Source of the DNA: an uncultured bacterium | GTDB taxonomy: Bacteria; Desulfobacterota_D; UBA1144; Nemesobacterales; UBA2774 | DNA: 64,000 nucleotides | NCBI GenBank assembly: GCA_963705505.1 | Contig: CAVPJU010000010.1 | Location: forward strand, 736,001-800,000 | Direction: 5' to 3' | Part shown: positions 50,115 to 60,282 of the stretch, one piece after another | Position numbering within the stretch: the stretch's first letter is position 1 | Layout of the letters: the number at the start of each line of letters is the position of its first letter | Notes under the pieces: model-generated | What the model was told of the DNA's origin: nothing | Databases searched by the model: none | What the model saw: only the letters and a program-made list of their open reading frames with translations | Made by a program: the position numbers and the translations under genes

Positions 50115-51626
50115 TCATGCGGTTTTCCTGTTCCCGACGAAAAAAGTGAGGACAGCTCCGATCGCCACGACTATGGCTGCAAACCCCAGACCGTATTTAA
50201 GACCCGATATATACGCACTATAAATATGATGATATAAGTCGTTAAATGTCGCCTGACCAAAATCGTTAAGCAGTGTTTGCTTGCTGCCGCTTCCCAGCAT
50301 GAAGCTGAGGATGTCCGATTGATACCCCTCCGATAGATTCAATCCGTAACCGCTTATCCTCTCCGTAACATCTTTCTTCGCTGCATCCGTGAATATCGTG
50401 GTAACTACGGCGAGGCCGAGCGCTCCTCCGACCAGCTGAAACATATATACAATACCTCCGGCCAGACTGGTCCTCGATTCCCGGACATACCCGACAGCCG
50501 CGGTTGTTATCGAAGGTATGGCAAATCCGAAGCCTGCTCCCGAAATAATCAACCCGGGTAAAAAACTGTAATAACCGCTGCCGAACCCAAAAACGATGAT
50601 ACAGACGGTCCCGACCAAGGTTAAAGACATTCCGATAAATATAGATAACCGGGAGCCCATAAGATTATATATTTTCCCGGATATCGGGGCTACTACAGCA
50701 AATGTCAACATCATCGGGACAAGGGACGCGCCTGCCAGGAGGGGAGAATAATCAAAAAACTTTTCATAATATTGCGGCATATAAAGGAGGAGGCTGAAAA
50801 GGGCCGGGATGACAGAAAACATTATCGTAGACATTAGCATGAACGGGATGTTGGACATAACATCTTTCGGTATGAGCGCGTCTTCGGTCCTCCTCTCGAT
50901 ACGGATAAACAAGAACATGACCGCAGCGAACAATACGAGGAGTGAAACCGTTTTATATGATCCCCATCCCCAGGAGGTGGACTGGTTTAATGCATACATA
51001 AGCGACACCAGCGAAATTGAGACCGCGGCGATTCCCAGATAATCGACATTCTTTTCACCGCTCTCGCCGGGTTGTTTACCTACCGCCAGATATGTGAGAA
51101 TACCCGCCGTGAGTGACAAAGGTACGTTCACGAAAAGCACCCAGCGCCAGGATGCGTATTCCGTCAAAAAACCGCCTATAAGAGGACCCGCGGCGTTCCC
51201 TACCCCGGCCGCTCCGAGAATGAGACCCACGGCAATACCCTTTTGATCATCCGAAACAGAGGAGTACACGATTCCGAGAATTGAAGGCCATAACAAAGCC
51301 GCTCCCGCCCCCTGAATCACCCTCGCTCCGATCAGGACACCGGCGTTGTCCGACAACCCGCCGATAAGTGAAGTCAACCCGAAGATAACTAATCCCAGGA
51401 AAAATATTCTTCTGCGACCGAAAGTATCGGCCAGTCTGCCGCACGTAACCATCAGCACCGCGAACGTCAGAACGTACCCGTTTACAACCCATTCGATGGT
51501 ATCCACATCGGTTCGGAAAGCCTTCTCGACCGCCGGTAGCGCGACGTTAATTGCGGCTATGTCCACCGCAATAACCATCACTCCTATCCCCATCGCGATA
51601 AAGGTCAGTACGAGTTTGCCCGTCAT
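50115..51626 (-). CDS. MFS transporter, DHA2 (14-TM) type
   Basis: VNVALP-like motif D, GRLADTFGRRR motif A, GPLIGG and WRWVLFVNVP. Confidence 0.92.
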   Translation of the reverse strand: MTGKLVLTFIAMGIGVMVIAVDIAAINVALPAVEKAFRTDVDTIEWVVNGYVLTFAVLMVTCGRLADTFGRRRIFFLGLVIFGLTSLIGGLSDNAGVLIGARVIQGAGAALLWPSILGIVYSSVSDDQKGIAVGLILGAAGVGNAAGPLIGGFLTEYASWRWVLFVNVPLSLTAGILTYLAVGKQPGESGEKNVDYLGIAAVSISLVSLMYALNQSTSWGWGSYKTVSLLVLFAAVMFLFIRIERRTEDALIPKDVMSNIPFMLMSTIMFSVIPALFSLLLYMPQYYEKFFDYSPLLAGASLVPMMLTFAVVAPISGKIYNLMGSRLSIFIGMSLTLVGTVCIIVFGFGSGYYSFLPGLIISGAGFGFAIPSITTAAVGYVRESRTSLAGGIVYMFQLVGGALGLAVVTTIFTDAAKKDVTERISGYGLNLSEGYQSDILSFMLGSGSKQTLLNDFGQATFNDLYHHIYSAYISGLKYGLGFAAIVVAIGAVLTFFVGNRKTA

Positions 51627-51746
51627 CGGGACCTCCTCATAAATATCGGCGTCGGGGAGAGAGATTGCCGGACATTTTTGTTGACTTCCATGGATTAATC
51701 ATTTATTTATGAAGGTAGATACAATACCATACGGGGGAATAATTTC

Positions 51747-52550
51747 ATGAGAATATTAGGTTTTACTCTCATAGTTTTATTCGCACTCTCCACGACTCAG
51801 GCATTCTCCAAAATCGTAGGTGAAACAGTCGAGTACAAATCAAACGGCACTACACTCAAGGGTTACCTCGCTTATAACGACAGCATCAAGGGAAAAAGGC
51901 CGGGGGTTCTGATCGTCCACGAATGGTGGGGTCTTAACGATTATGTCAGGAGAAGGGCGGACATGATTGCGGGGCTCGGGTATACAGCGCTCGCCGTGGA
52001 CATGTACGGCGAAGGGAAGAACAGCGATCATCCGGAAGACGCTCAAAAGTACGTGACGGAGGTCATGAATAATATGGGTATAGGCGAGAAGAGGTTCAAC
52101 GCCGCGCTCGAGTTTATTAAGCAGCAGCCGACCGTAAACTCAGAAGAGATCGCCGCGATAGGTTACTGCTTCGGCGGGGCGATCGTCCTCCACATGGCGC
52201 GTACCGGGGCTGACCTCGACGGCGTTGTCAGCTTCCACGGGAACCTGAGCTCCATGTATAAGGCTGCGCCGGATACGGTAAAGACAAAGATCCTCGTGCT
52301 CACGGGAGGCGACGACACGTTCGTGACTCGGGAGGAGGTAGACGCGTTTAAAAAGGAGATGGATGCGGCTCACGCCGACTATGAGATAATTATCTATCCG
52401 GGAGCAAAGCACAGCTTCACGAACCCCGATGCGGATAGGCTAGGCAAGGAATACAATCTGCCTATCGCCTACAACAAGGATGCCGATAAGAAGTCCTGGG
52501 CCGAGATGCAGAAATTTCTCAAGGCACTGTTCCCGCCCGGGAAAAACTGA
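51747..52550 (+). CDS. dienelactone hydrolase family protein (signal peptide)
   Basis: HEWWGL, GYCFGG and HSFTN motifs. Confidence 0.92.
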   Translation: MRILGFTLIVLFALSTTQAFSKIVGETVEYKSNGTTLKGYLAYNDSIKGKRPGVLIVHEWWGLNDYVRRRADMIAGLGYTALAVDMYGEGKNSDHPEDAQKYVTEVMNNMGIGEKRFNAALEFIKQQPTVNSEEIAAIGYCFGGAIVLHMARTGADLDGVVSFHGNLSSMYKAAPDTVKTKILVLTGGDDTFVTREEVDAFKKEMDAAHADYEIIIYPGAKHSFTNPDADRLGKEYNLPIAYNKDADKKSWAEMQKFLKALFPPGKN

Positions 52551-52624
52551 AAAGGGAAATCCGAATATCTCGGAGAAGAGGCGCTGGGTTTTATTATTCC
52601 GTTAACGCAAGAAGCAAGATTCTC

Positions 52625-53884
52625 TCAAATATCGACAGATAACTGCATCCCGGCTACGAGAGCATCGGGGATGCTTCCGCTGCCCCCGGGATGAACGATA
52701 AGCTGCACATCGGGCTGTAAACCGAGCCAGGGCGTTACCTGAAATATATACGTGCCCTCGAGCCCGATCTCATAGTCCTGGTCTTCGAGATCCCGGCTTA
52801 GCTTGCCGTAGGCGAAGCCGAATCCTGCTGCATCGTTATCCCTCCCCGGAAAAACCCCTTCATACTCAAACCCCCCTGACAGGAATAGCGGGAATAGATT
52901 AATTTCATCTTCCGGAGCATATGTGGCAGTCGCCCATAGGGTCAGGCCCTGGCTTCCCGCTCCGGGCTCGCGGTATACCATCTGGTCGGTGACGACGTAA
53001 AACCCGTAGTTGCCGTCACGCGTACTCTCTACGTCCGAAAGCTCGTTGAACTGCCCGGTATCATAGTAAACCCCGAATTTGTAATCCCCCGGGAGTACCG
53101 TGGAACCTGTACCCCTGCCCGGCGTATAGCCCGCTTCGCTTATCAGTATCACGCCGTCATCAAATGTGAAATCGAAGTCAATCGACACATCCTGATTGCG
53201 GGCCGCGTCGGGGTCGGCGTTATACACGCCCGCTGCAACGTAAAAATCGTCCACAGGTTTTACGCGCAGACGCGCCCCCAGGGCTGCATCCGGGTTGCTG
53301 AGGTATGCCGGAATATTGTAGGTCAAGCTTATTGGGTTTGTGTTGAAAGCGGAGCTAACATAAATTCCAAACACATCTGCCGTGCTAAAATCATCCCCTA
53401 TTCCCATACGCCCGACGGCAAGAGTAAATTTGTCTTCCCACAGATTCGTCTCGACGAACAGCTGGTAAAGGCCTATGAAATTACCGTTGAAATCATTCGA
53501 CACGGTAAAGAAATTCCCTATGTCAGCCGCACTCAGATTCTCCCCGAACGCCCACGCACCGGACACGACGAACCTCGTTCCGCCGATCTTGAGCAGTTTC
53601 TCGAGATCGAAATCGAGATAAACATTGAGGAGCCCGGCATACTTTACCCCCTTCCTCATCCCGCCGACGGGATTCCCAAGAATCGCTGCGGAGTATGTCG
53701 CCGTGGGAGTAAGGCCCCAATCTATTAACTTGTCCCTCGACCCGCCCCAATTGCCTGTAAGATATTCGCGGGAGGAAAGGTCTGAGAAAAATGAACCGGC
53801 ATCGTTGGGATTATCTGTTGCCTGAGCGCCCGGCACCACCGCTAGTATGCAGAGATAGAATAAGAAGGCGGCAATATGCTTCAT
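52625..53884 (-). CDS. carbohydrate-selective porin, OprB family
   Basis: LTGNWGG.R..L...G, DQMVY and LQPDVQ.I.HPGG motifs. Confidence 0.88.
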   Translation of the reverse strand: MKHIAAFLFYLCILAVVPGAQATDNPNDAGSFFSDLSSREYLTGNWGGSRDKLIDWGLTPTATYSAAILGNPVGGMRKGVKYAGLLNVYLDFDLEKLLKIGGTRFVVSGAWAFGENLSAADIGNFFTVSNDFNGNFIGLYQLFVETNLWEDKFTLAVGRMGIGDDFSTADVFGIYVSSAFNTNPISLTYNIPAYLSNPDAALGARLRVKPVDDFYVAAGVYNADPDAARNQDVSIDFDFTFDDGVILISEAGYTPGRGTGSTVLPGDYKFGVYYDTGQFNELSDVESTRDGNYGFYVVTDQMVYREPGAGSQGLTLWATATYAPEDEINLFPLFLSGGFEYEGVFPGRDNDAAGFGFAYGKLSRDLEDQDYEIGLEGTYIFQVTPWLGLQPDVQLIVHPGGSGSIPDALVAGMQLSVDI

Positions 53885-54015
53885 ATCGGAACGGTCCAAA
53901 ATTTCAACGTATCTTTAACGAGAGAGATAGCTAATTCTACTGCCCGGGTCCGGTGTATGTAAATATGTTTTCGGAGCGGTATTAAACTAATGTGCAACGG
54001 CTAACCGCTATAGTC

Positions 54016-55728
54016 CTAAAATAAACCCCAGAAAGAATTTCGGAGGTTATACCCTATCCCGTCCCAGAATTTACAATCGGCGTCATTATAAGGCCCGGCT
54101 TTGATTTCGTCCACAGGGGTAACGAATATAAGGCTCAGGGAACCGGGCATGAATTCGGGCCATGCGTTTGATTTACCGCCCGGGTCCGGGTCCTTTGCAA
54201 ATTCCGTCCAGTATTCGACCATCAGATCGGACAGGGCGTCTTCCGGAGGGGTAAATTTATTTCCCCTGCCCTCAGGCGTATGGAATACAAACGATAGTTC
54301 CGCTGAATGGCACACCGCATCGGCGCAGGCCGGAATCAGAGGCCAGACATTGAAGGACGGTACGTGGTCGAACAGGTACGACCAGGTCTCGGGGGAGGCA
54401 TGCGTAGCCGCATCCAGGTTCGGGCAGGTAAAGAGATAATCCGTAAGTACCTTTGAAATGAGCCTGGTGTTATCCTTCCCGTTAGGCGGATACTTCCCAT
54501 ATATTTTCCTGCGCAACTCATGATCCCGGAAAATGAAATCCATCGTAAGACGGTAATCGAAATCGGATACAGTTTTCCAACCGAGCCCGGATTTTGCCTT
54601 TTCTACAAATAGGAGCGCTTCGTTTGTGTTGGTGCCTATGATCACGGGCTTCTTCAGCTTGCCGCTTAAAGCCGCCTCGAGCGGCTGCTCAATTAATATT
54701 CCCCCGTCGATGGCGGGCGACCAGACGAGCATATCTTTTATACCCTGAAAGAGCGCAGGCCAGACGAAGTCTCTCTGCTGCTGTGCATCCAGTACAAGCT
54801 CCGGCAGCTTATTCCTCATGCAGCCAATATCGTCGGAGGCGCATCCCACGTTGCCTGCGAACTCTTTCGCCAGGGGCTCCGCCTGTTTTAGAGTCTTGTA
54901 AGGCAGTCCGTAAGGGTTACTCTCCATTATGGCCGCCCTGAATAATCCAGCCGACTTCGGGGAAACAAGGTGAATTCCCGTGCTCATTGCGCCCGCGCTC
55001 TCGCCGTAAATGGTTACTTTATCCGGGTCGCCGCCGAATGCGCTGATATTTTCATGCACCCACTCGAGAGCGAGTATCTGGTCCAGAATTCCGAAATTGC
55101 CGTTAATCTCCTCCCCCGTTTTCTTATCTTTAACCCCGGCAAGGAATCCGAGAGCGCCCAGACGGTAGTTCAGATTAACCACGACCACGTTCCCGTTTGC
55201 CGCCGTGTACGCGCCGTCGTATAAAGGGTCCGCATCAGAGCCGTAAATAAACGCTCCGCCGTAAATGAAGACCATAACAGCCTTTGGGCCATTTGAAGTG
55301 CCGGCGGGGGTCCAGACGTTCACGCTTAGGCAGTCCTCGCTCTGGGGATACATGACGTCCGTATTTTGCGGACACGCGGGTCCGAGCCTCGTCGCTTCGA
55401 ACGTCCCTTCCCATGCCGCCCTGGGCACAGGGGCCTTCCAGCGGTTCTTCCCCGCCGTGGATTCGGCGAAGGGGATGCCGAGGTATGCGTTTACCGGTTT
55501 ACCGTTCGATGTGCCTACGAGGTTCCCGCACAGGGAGCCCTGTTTTATTTTTAATTCACCGGTCGAGCAGGGAGGTTTTTCAAACCCTGAAATATCTTCA
55601 TATATGGGCGGTGATGGAGGGACCCCGGGAGGCGTCTTCGAAGTGGTGACCGGCTTATTTCCGGCGCAGCCGAAGGTTATGAAAGAGATGAGAATGACCG
55701 AGAGAGAAATCCTTAAAAGTTGACACAC
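54016..55728 (-). CDS. type-B carboxylesterase/lipase family lipoprotein
   Basis: YLGIPFA, SEDCL, NYRLGALGF and GESAG motifs; lipobox-like TFGC; GTG start inferred. Confidence 0.9.
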   Translation of the reverse strand: MCQLLRISLSVILISFITFGCAGNKPVTTSKTPPGVPPSPPIYEDISGFEKPPCSTGELKIKQGSLCGNLVGTSNGKPVNAYLGIPFAESTAGKNRWKAPVPRAAWEGTFEATRLGPACPQNTDVMYPQSEDCLSVNVWTPAGTSNGPKAVMVFIYGGAFIYGSDADPLYDGAYTAANGNVVVVNLNYRLGALGFLAGVKDKKTGEEINGNFGILDQILALEWVHENISAFGGDPDKVTIYGESAGAMSTGIHLVSPKSAGLFRAAIMESNPYGLPYKTLKQAEPLAKEFAGNVGCASDDIGCMRNKLPELVLDAQQQRDFVWPALFQGIKDMLVWSPAIDGGILIEQPLEAALSGKLKKPVIIGTNTNEALLFVEKAKSGLGWKTVSDFDYRLTMDFIFRDHELRRKIYGKYPPNGKDNTRLISKVLTDYLFTCPNLDAATHASPETWSYLFDHVPSFNVWPLIPACADAVCHSAELSFVFHTPEGRGNKFTPPEDALSDLMVEYWTEFAKDPDPGGKSNAWPEFMPGSLSLIFVTPVDEIKAGPYNDADCKFWDGIGYNLRNSFWGLF

Positions 55729-55753
55729 TTTGACCTTTTTCCAGATAGCAGGA

Positions 55754-56251
55754 TCAGAGCTCATAAAGGGTTTCGTCCACACTAGGTTTTGGAGTGGTTT
55801 TCTTTGCGCCCTTTTTCTTCTTGGATTCGAATTGAAACGAGTCCTCTCCGAGCAGATCGCCTAACTCCTCCTCGATCTTATCCGGGTCCTCGCCCCTCTC
55901 CATGCGGTTAAGAGCCTCCTCCATTCCTTCGCCGAGCGAAATACCGGCCGCATCGGAGAGCTTTCTCATCAGATCCGCGGCCTGACGGGGGTCGTCCTCG
56001 TCGATCGCACCCGATTCCTCCTCCAGCATATCCATAGCCTTCTCGAGCCTGGATTCGTCTATATCCGGAATACCGGACTCGGGGCCGCTTTCTTTATCCT
56101 TTTTACTCAGAGTGGCAAAGGAAGAGAAAACCCTTTCGAGTTTCCTTCTCCCGCATTTGGGACATTTGGGGATAGTCGTGGTATCTATCGTCCGGGAGAA
56201 GAATTTGTATATCGTATTGCACTTTTTGCAGAAGAACTCGTAGATCGGCAT
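55754..56251 (-). CDS. FmdB-family zinc ribbon domain protein
   Basis: MPIYEFFCKKC...CPKCG and acidic DPR..A.LMRK tail. Confidence 0.88.
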   Translation of the reverse strand: MPIYEFFCKKCNTIYKFFSRTIDTTTIPKCPKCGRRKLERVFSSFATLSKKDKESGPESGIPDIDESRLEKAMDMLEEESGAIDEDDPRQAADLMRKLSDAAGISLGEGMEEALNRMERGEDPDKIEEELGDLLGEDSFQFESKKKKGAKKTTPKPSVDETLYEL

Positions 56252-56329
56252 ATCCGTTCCCCGTTGTGACTCTATTATACACAAATATTAAATTTTCTTC
56301 CCGCAGGAAAACGGAGTGTTAAAGCGTCG

Positions 56330-56640
56330 TCCTTCCTCCGTCGATAACGATGTCGGAGCCGGTTACGTTATAGAGGGCATACTTCGTGTGCGCTCAGGAC
56401 GAACGGGCTCATCGAAACTAGTTCAGGGTGACGAAATGATGAGATTGCTTCGTCTTTGGCTCGCAGTGACACCCTCACCTTCGTCCTCTTCTCTCAAGGG
56501 CGAGGAAATAATGTATCAATGCAGGCCCTGTCCTTGGCTTGACCCGGGAACTCGCTCCTACATATCTTAAGATTTGGAAAGAGAATTATATAAAATCCAC
56601 CCTAACCCTCCTTTACGAAAGGAGGGAATCGAATGACAAG
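56330..56640. repeat. intergenic mosaic of REP-like small palindromic elements, cluster 2
   Basis: GCTCAGGACGAACGGG (56392-56407, identical to 16855-16870), gttcagggtgacg, gagattgcttcg..ctcgcagtgac, ccctcacc..ctctcaagggcgagg, CCCTCCTTT-acg-AAAGGAGGG. Confidence 0.65.
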
Positions 56641-56828
56641 AGACTGGATTTCTTATACTTAGTTCCATACGACAGGGCATGTGAGTTCTGATCATAGTCG
56701 CGGGATACCGCTTCTAGAGAAGGGACCGGTTATTATAGAGAACCTTTGCTGAAGAGCCGCACAGAAACCGTATATGAGCACACATTGTGTGCCGCTCGTG
56801 CAATTTTAAGATAGAGAACTCCGTATTA

Positions 56829-57494
56829 TCAAACGAGGAGCTTCGAACCCCTCTTCTCGGCTTCGCTCTCATCGGCTTTTTTCGTCTTGGGTATGTCCAT
56901 GCCCGCTTTGACAGCGGGGCGACGCCTTACCGTCGTCATCCATCTCCTCAAGTTAGTGAGGTCGTCTATTTCGACACCGGCCCAGTTGTGGAGCGCGATC
57001 CAGGGGTATGTCGCTATATCGGCAATGGAGTAAAAATCCCCGGCTAAATACTCGCTGTCCCTGAGGCGTGTATCGAGCACCGTGTAGAGCCTCTTTGTCT
57101 CGCGCTGATAACGGCCTATGGCGTATTCGATCTTTTCAGGCGCGTACCTGAAAAATACGTGCGCCTGACCCTGCATCGGGCCTATCCCGGCCATCTGGAA
57201 CATGAGCCACTGTATCACTGTCGAGCGGCCTTTGACGTCCGAGGGCAGGAGCTTCCCCGTTTTCTCGGCGAGGTAAATCAAAATAGCCCCCGACTCGAAA
57301 ACGGCAAAATCGCCGTTATCGCGGTCGACGATCGCGGGTATCCTGCCGTTCGGGTTAATTTTCAGATACCAGTCCTGCCTCTGCTCGAACTTGCTCAGGT
57401 GGAGATGGATGAGGTTGTATGGAAGCCCGACCTCCTCGAGCATTACCGAGACCTTTCTACCGTTTGGCGTCGTGGACGTGTAAAAATCGATCAT
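56829..57494 (-). CDS. glutathione S-transferase, YfcG/YghU (Nu-class)-like
   Basis: [24 protein letters not shown] and SIADIA motifs. Confidence 0.92.
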   Translation of the reverse strand: MIDFYTSTTPNGRKVSVMLEEVGLPYNLIHLHLSKFEQRQDWYLKINPNGRIPAIVDRDNGDFAVFESGAILIYLAEKTGKLLPSDVKGRSTVIQWLMFQMAGIGPMQGQAHVFFRYAPEKIEYAIGRYQRETKRLYTVLDTRLRDSEYLAGDFYSIADIATYPWIALHNWAGVEIDDLTNLRRWMTTVRRRPAVKAGMDIPKTKKADESEAEKRGSKLLV

Positions 57495-57578
57495 GGGGCT
57501 TCTCCCTGCGTTTTTATTTAACGAGTTTAAAATTGGCGTCAGCTTATAATGTTACTTTAAAGATTTAGTTGATGAAAA

Positions 57579-58208
57579 CTATTTCAGGGATTCGGCAAGG
57601 AAGGTTTTGGCCGCGTTTATCTCTTCGCGGGTGAGGCTATGCCCATTATCCTGCCAGAATACCTCCACGCGGGCGCCCGCCCCCTTAAGAAGTTTGACGA
57701 GGTTCTCCGTTCCCTCGGGGCTGACTACGGGATCGTTAGTACCGGCAGTTATCAAGATATCGGTATCAGATAAATCAGGTAGCTGATCCGGCACAAAGGG
57801 GACCATGGGGTGGAACAATACAGCCCTCGGAATGACGCCGGAATATGTGAGGAGAATACTGGCCGCTATATTCGCCCCGTTCGAATAGCCGGCTGCGGTC
57901 AATTTACTCCTGTCGAAGCCGTAGGCACCGGAAGCCTCGATTATGAATTCCGCAAGCTCCGCGGTTCTCACGCGCAAATCCTCGAGATCGAAGACCCCTT
58001 CCGCGAAGCGTCTGAAAAATCGGGGCATCCCGTTCTCCAATATCTTGCCCCGGGGACTCAGTATTGCGGCGCCAGGCAATATCCTCTCCGCTACAGGAAC
58101 GAGGCTTTCCTCGTCCCCTCCGGTCCCGTGCAAAAGCAGTATGGTCGCCCGGTTATCCGGGTCAGAAGCCGGAATAAATACGTGTATAAACCCTAAATCG
58201 GTGCTCAC
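57579..58208 (-). CDS. alpha/beta hydrolase/carboxylesterase, MhqD-like
   Basis: LLLHGTGG, RFFRR..EGVFD and GYSNGAN motifs. Confidence 0.9.
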   Translation of the reverse strand: MSTDLGFIHVFIPASDPDNRATILLLHGTGGDEESLVPVAERILPGAAILSPRGKILENGMPRFFRRFAEGVFDLEDLRVRTAELAEFIIEASGAYGFDRSKLTAAGYSNGANIAASILLTYSGVIPRAVLFHPMVPFVPDQLPDLSDTDILITAGTNDPVVSPEGTENLVKLLKGAGARVEVFWQDNGHSLTREEINAAKTFLAESLK

Positions 58209-58219
58209 TGAAACCTCTA

Positions 58220-59149
58220 TCAGAGCTCTGGCAGGACTCCTTCGATTTCGTTTCTATGGGACTCGAGCCAGCGGGGCAGCATTAATCCGCGCCCCAGGTT
58301 AGCGGCATCTTCATCGACTGTAAAGCCGGGCGGATCGGTCGCTATTTCAAACAGCACACCGCCCGGCTCCCGGAAGTAAACGGATTTGAAATAGTTCCTG
58401 TCGAGCTGCGGAGTGACGTTGTAGCCAAGACCGACGAGCTGCTCTCTTATCGCGAGCTGCGCCCCTTCATCAGGAGCCCTGAATGCAATGTGGTGTACGC
58501 ATCCCCCGGCCACACTCCCGCGCTGCCCGGAGGGAAGGCAGACGAGGTCCAAGATATTCGCGTGTCTGCAGTTTCCGTTAACGAACCTGAAACGGTTCGC
58601 ATGCTCGTCCTTTTTTTCATATCCGAGGATTTCAGTAAGCAATTTCGCAGTCGCCTCGTAACCTTCGAGCGTCAATGCGGCGTCATAAAAACCCCTGATC
58701 CCATACTCCGGGGGAACTTCATCCGCGCTCCATGCCGGTCTCTCATCGTCTTCCGAGGCAACGAGCTCGAGCTTGAGCCCGTCGGGGTCGAGGAACACGA
58801 GGACTTCTTCACCGAGCCTCGAAGAAGGATTGTTGTATGTGACGTTAGAGCTTTGGAATCTATCGAGCCAGAAGCTCATCGAGGCCTCCGGGATAGAGAA
58901 TGACACGGCGGTCACCTGACCCGTCCCCGCCCTGCCTCTCCTTATCCCTTCCCAGGGAAAGAAAGTAAGGATGGTTCCCGGCTCGCCCTTTTCGTTGCCG
59001 TAGTAAAGATGGTATGTGGTCGGGTCGTCGAAATTTACGGTCTTTTTGACCAGACGCAGTCCGAGGATTTTCGTATAGAATTCATAATTCTTCTTTGCAC
59101 TAGTGGCGATCGCGGTTATGTGATGAATCCCCAAAATTTTGCCCGGCAT
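58220..59149 (-). CDS. ring-cleaving dioxygenase/glyoxalase, MhqO/MhqA-like
   Basis: GIHHITA, KTVNFDDP.TYHLYYG, HHIAFR and DRNYFKSVYFREPGGVLFEIATD motifs. Confidence 0.94.
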   Translation of the reverse strand: MPGKILGIHHITAIATSAKKNYEFYTKILGLRLVKKTVNFDDPTTYHLYYGNEKGEPGTILTFFPWEGIRRGRAGTGQVTAVSFSIPEASMSFWLDRFQSSNVTYNNPSSRLGEEVLVFLDPDGLKLELVASEDDERPAWSADEVPPEYGIRGFYDAALTLEGYEATAKLLTEILGYEKKDEHANRFRFVNGNCRHANILDLVCLPSGQRGSVAGGCVHHIAFRAPDEGAQLAIREQLVGLGYNVTPQLDRNYFKSVYFREPGGVLFEIATDPPGFTVDEDAANLGRGLMLPRWLESHRNEIEGVLPEL

Positions 59150-59175
59150 ATTTCCCTCGCGGAATTTTGAAATAT

Positions 59176-59526
59176 TTACCCGAGCGTCACGAATAAGGAC
59201 CTGCGCGGTTTGTTGTTCGTAACCCTCGTCCTGTGCCCCTTACCTGTCACATCCTCGACAAGGAGTACATCTCCGCCCCTGAACAGCCTTTTCTCCCCGT
59301 CGCTGACCTCAATTTCAATCTCGCCGTCGAGGAGAACTATATATTGCCTCTGCGGAGCGTTATGCCAGTCGTAATCATAGTCGGCGTCGTTTTCCCTGAA
59401 GATTATTTCTTTCACAGGCGATCTTTCCGAAAGCCGCCCGATCGGACCCATATCTCTAAGGTCGATCTCGATTTCTCCGAAATGGGACTCACCATCACGG
59501 TCGGCATATAGTCTTGTGATATTCAT
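59176..59526 (-). CDS. cupin-like protein
   Basis: LYAD.DGESHF, WHNAPQRQ and ED.TGKGH motifs. Confidence 0.82.
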   Translation of the reverse strand: MNITRLYADRDGESHFGEIEIDLRDMGPIGRLSERSPVKEIIFRENDADYDYDWHNAPQRQYIVLLDGEIEIEVSDGEKRLFRGGDVLLVEDVTGKGHRTRVTNNKPRRSLFVTLG

Positions 59527-59561
59527 CGTGTCGCTGCGCGAAGACGATTCTCAGTCTTCAA

Positions 59562-59933
59562 TCAATACCTCGAATATTCGGGGTCGAGATAGATATACAC
59601 GCGTTGTATCTTTCCGTCTCTTATCTCGAACACGTCGCACCACTTACTATCGCTCCAGGTCTCGCCCGTCTTGAGCTTGCCCTTGCTGGAACCCTCGGCC
59701 ACGACCATGTCGCCCTGAATTATCCAGTTTATGTATGCGTGGTAGTGAGTGAAGTCTTCAACCAGTGACCCGAGGTGGGTGAAAAGCTTTTTATATTCGA
59801 CCGCGCCCCTCGCTACGCCCCAGTTCGGGAAAAACACCTCGGCGTCCTCAGCCATCAGATGATAAAAGTCCCTCTTGTAATCGAGGCTCTTCAAATATTC
59901 CGCCGCGATGGATTTTCTCTCTTCGTCAGTCAT
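59562..59933 (-). CDS. SnoaL/NTF2-like protein
   Basis: VVAEG...G and WCDVFEIRDGKIQRVYIYLDP motifs. Confidence 0.85.
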   Translation of the reverse strand: MTDEERKSIAAEYLKSLDYKRDFYHLMAEDAEVFFPNWGVARGAVEYKKLFTHLGSLVEDFTHYHAYINWIIQGDMVVAEGSSKGKLKTGETWSDSKWCDVFEIRDGKIQRVYIYLDPEYSRY

Positions 59934-60044
59934 TTATAACCCCCTTAGAAAGTGATCATGCGTCTTGAAATATATTTTATGGGTTCGGTCTAATAATTCA
60001 ACCGGGTACATGTTTGTTATTTAGTTCCATTTTATGTACCAGCT

Positions 60045-60218
60045 ATGGAAAGAAGGATAAAAACAGAAGAAAAAGCGTGTCCCGTCGGCGCGATCAATAC
60101 ATTCGGGGGGAAATGGAAGCCCGAGATCATTTATTACCTAAACCTGTCGCCGCGGAGGTTTAACGAACTCAGGAGGCTGATCCCGCTTGTCACACAGCGG
60201 ATGCTCACGCAGCAATAG
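60045..60218 (+). pseudogene. truncated HxlR/DUF24 winged-helix regulator
   Basis: Not in ORF track. MERRIKTEEKACPVGAINTFGGKWKPEIIYYLNLSPRRFNELRRLIPLVTQRMLTQQ* stops at 57 aa, where LRELE..G and the wing would normally follow. Confidence 0.8.
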
Positions 60219-60282
60219 TATGATCTCTCGAATAAGACATCGCCTCGCGAGAAAATCAAAGCCTGAGGAATGAGCCCGGTAT

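Noticed and set aside
56316..56570. 84-aa ORF across the second repeat cluster (and 16612-16917 across the first)
   Set aside because: Runs through palindromic elements, non-protein-like composition
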